Below are positions 61,878 through 64,000 of a stretch of DNA of 64,000 nucleotides, one piece after another (the first letter of the stretch is position 1; every line of letters begins with the position of its first letter). The notes beneath the pieces were generated by a model. That model saw nothing but the letters and a program-made list of their open reading frames with translations, had not been told where the DNA came from and made no database searches. This DNA is from Halorarum halobium (lineage in GTDB: Archaea; Halobacteriota; Halobacteria; Halobacteriales; Haloferacaceae): the NCBI RefSeq assembly GCF_032116555.1, contig NZ_CP134949.1, forward strand, positions 1,240,001-1,304,000. Direction: 5' to 3'. A program made the translations under genes and the position numbers.

Positions 61878-63059
61878 TTACATGTCGCCCCAGGCGTTGA
61901 GTCCCCGTCCGTACGAGGAGACCGAGGCGATCCAGCGCGCGGCGATGGCCTTCTTCAGCAGCTTCGCGCCGGTGCCGCCGAAGGTGTTGATCGGAACGCC
62001 CTGCACGTCGTGGGCGACCGCCTGCTCGCCGACCGAGATGACCGTCCCCTTGTCGTCGTGTTGCCACGAGCGGAGCGGCGCGCCGCGGACCGCGCGCGCG
62101 AGGTTCTCGCCCGCGACCTCGGCGGCCTGCCAGGCGGCCTGCGCGGTCGGCGGTGCCACGTCGTCGTCGCCCTGGTCGATCAGCGCGCTGTCGCCGATGG
62201 CGAACACGCGGTCGTCGCTCGTCTCGAAGGTGGACTCGGCGAACACGCGGTTCGAGCGCTCGTCCTTCTCCAGGTCGACCTCGGTGATCTCCTCCTGGCC
62301 GGTGATGCCGCCGGTCCACAGGAGGATGTCGTAGGGAAGCTCCTCTGGCTCCTCGTCCTCGCCGCCGCCCAGATAGGCCGCGTCCTCGTCGACCTTGGAG
62401 ATGAAGTCGCCGGTGAGGATGTCGATGTCCTTCCCGAGCAGGCGCTTGCGGAGGGCTCCCTGCACCTCGGGATCGTTGCCCGGGAACACCTCGTCGAGCC
62501 CCTCGACGAGCGAGATGTCGATCGGCGAGCGCGTCGCGTCGCGGTACTCGGCGATCTCGCCGGCCGCCTGGATGCCCGAGAGCCCCGCGCCGCCGACGAG
62601 CACCGTCGCCGGATCCATCTCGGTCGCGTCCTCGGCTGCCGTCTCGAGTTCCCGGTGGATCTCTCGGGCGTCGTCGAGCCCCTTCAGCGTGAGCGAGTGT
62701 TCGCGGAGCCCGTCGATGCCGTAGAACGCCGTCGCCGAGCCGACCCCGACCAGCAGGTAGTCGTAGTCGATATCGGCGCCGTCCTCGGTCTCGACCGTGC
62801 GCTCGTCGGTGTCGACGTCGGTGACGCGCCCCTTGCGGAACTCGGTCGAGTCGTCCTTGATCTCCTCGACGGGGATCGCGACCTTCGACTCCACCGACGG
62901 GTCGCGGATGCAGCGGTGGACCTCGTGGAGCACGAGGTGGTAGTCGTGCTCGGAGACCCACGTCAGCGTCGCCTCACCGGGTTCGATCTCCTCCTCGAAC
63001 GCCTTCACAGCGCCTGCACCGGCGTAGCCCGAGCCGATGACGACGACGTTCGTACTCAT
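61878..63059 (-). CDS. ndh: type II NADH dehydrogenase family flavoprotein
   Basis: VVVIGSGYAG, YDYLLVGVGS, VGGAGLSGIQ.AGE, FAIGD, PPTAQAA.Q. Minus-strand TTTATT at 63082-63087. Confidence 0.88.
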   Translation of the reverse strand: MSTNVVVIGSGYAGAGAVKAFEEEIEPGEATLTWVSEHDYHLVLHEVHRCIRDPSVESKVAIPVEEIKDDSTEFRKGRVTDVDTDERTVETEDGADIDYDYLLVGVGSATAFYGIDGLREHSLTLKGLDDAREIHRELETAAEDATEMDPATVLVGGAGLSGIQAAGEIAEYRDATRSPIDISLVEGLDEVFPGNDPEVQGALRKRLLGKDIDILTGDFISKVDEDAAYLGGGEDEEPEELPYDILLWTGGITGQEEITEVDLEKDERSNRVFAESTFETSDDRVFAIGDSALIDQGDDDVAPPTAQAAWQAAEVAGENLARAVRGAPLRSWQHDDKGTVISVGEQAVAHDVQGVPINTFGGTGAKLLKKAIAARWIASVSSYGRGLNAWGDM

Positions 63060-63252
63060 GGCCGGCGATTTCGAGTCCTGGAATAAATGGGTATTGAAAC
63101 GGCCTCCAACGTGCAACGTTGCCGTGACCGGTTCTCCTATCCGGTTCGGCCGGATTCGGGCATCGCCGTGTGGGGCCGTGTCGAGCGAACCGGTCGCAGT
63201 TCGTCGGTGACGCCCCGAACGCGGGACCACCCCTGCCGGGGTGTCGTGCCGG

Positions 63253-64000
63253 CTACTCCAGCGAGAGGCCCGCGTGCCAGCGGTCGACGCCGGCCTCGGC
63301 TTTCACCCGGTCCATCCGCGCGAGCAACGCGGCCGCGAGGCTCGCACACTCGACGGCGCGCGACTCGCCCTCGGTTCTGAACTCGCCGGTGATCCGGTTC
63401 GCGTACACCGTACAGACGGCACCGGCCCGGAGGCCGTACACGTTCGCGATGGTCATGATCGCCGACGCCTCCATCTCGATGTTCTTCACGTTCGCCTCGC
63501 GGAGCTCCTCGACGAGCGAGTCCGCGCCGGCGGCCTCGAACCCCTCGAACCCGGGTCGACCCTGCCCGGCATAGAAGGAGTCGGCCGACATCGTGAGGCC
63601 GACGTGGTAGTCGTACCCGAGCCGCTCGGCGGCGGCGACGAGCGCCGAGACGACCTCGTGGTCGGCGCTCGCTGGGTAGTCCTCCCGGACGTACTCCTTG
63701 CTCGTCCCTTCCTGCCGGACGCCCCCCGAGGTGATGACGAGATCGCCGACGTCCATCCCCTCCTGGATCGCCCCGCAGGAGCCGACCCGGATGAACGTGT
63801 CGACGCCGACCCGCGCGAGCTCCTCGACCGCGATGGCCGCCGAGGGAGAGCCGATGCCGGTCGAGGTGACCGAGAGCGCCTCGTCGTCGTACGTGCCCGT
63901 GGCGGTGCGGTACTCGCGATGCTGGCCGACCTCGACGTGGTCGTCCCAGACCGCCGTCACCTTGTCCACGCGCTCGGGATTGCCCGGAAGCAGAACCGTG
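63253..64000 (-). CDS. udp: uridine phosphorylase, 5' end outside the window
   Basis: LLPGNPERV, HREY, STGIGSPS, IRVGSCG, DSFYAGQGR, NIEME, ANR. Confidence 0.9.
   Translation of the reverse strand, partial: TVLLPGNPERVDKVTAVWDDHVEVGQHREYRTATGTYDDEALSVTSTGIGSPSAAIAVEELARVGVDTFIRVGSCGAIQEGMDVGDLVITSGGVRQEGTSKEYVREDYPASADHEVVSALVAAAERLGYDYHVGLTMSADSFYAGQGRPGFEGFEAAGADSLVEELREANVKNIEMEASAIMTIANVYGLRAGAVCTVYANRITGEFRTEGESRAVECASLAAALLARMDRVKAEAGVDRWHAGLSLE

Overview
This is a GC-rich chromosomal window from a halophilic archaeon (class Halobacteria). Evidence: strongly acidic proteome, archaeal shikimate kinase, topoisomerase VI, 20S proteasome beta subunit, Htr transducers, HalOD1 and Bat-type HTH proteins, and TATA boxes about 25-35 nt before ATG. 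Most of it is housekeeping: dispersed aromatic amino-acid genes (aroK, chorismate mutase, tyrA, aroA, aroC), an ABC exporter, purM, psmB, ATP-dependent DNA ligase, the divergent top6AB/gyrBA cluster, arginase, type II NADH dehydrogenase and uridine phosphorylase. The first ~3 kb is a more AT-rich cell-surface locus. I found no rRNA, tRNA, CRISPR array or transposase. Most interesting observations: (1) a dispersed non-coding element at three intergenic loci whose stems covary between copies, including one copy with 25-bp terminal inverted repeats and an inverted pair between gyrB and gyrA; (2) an SSADH plus 'acetolactate synthase-like' operon resembling the cyanobacterial 2-oxoglutarate decarboxylase TCA bypass; (3) an ABC permease fused to a PrsW-type intramembrane protease domain; (4) a PKD surface protein with a putative hairpin stalk tipped by paired GHDHD motifs; (5) a SprT-like protease and a candidate DNA-damage promoter motif beside the topoisomerase cluster. 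Family assignments come from motif recognition and recall only; no database searches were run.
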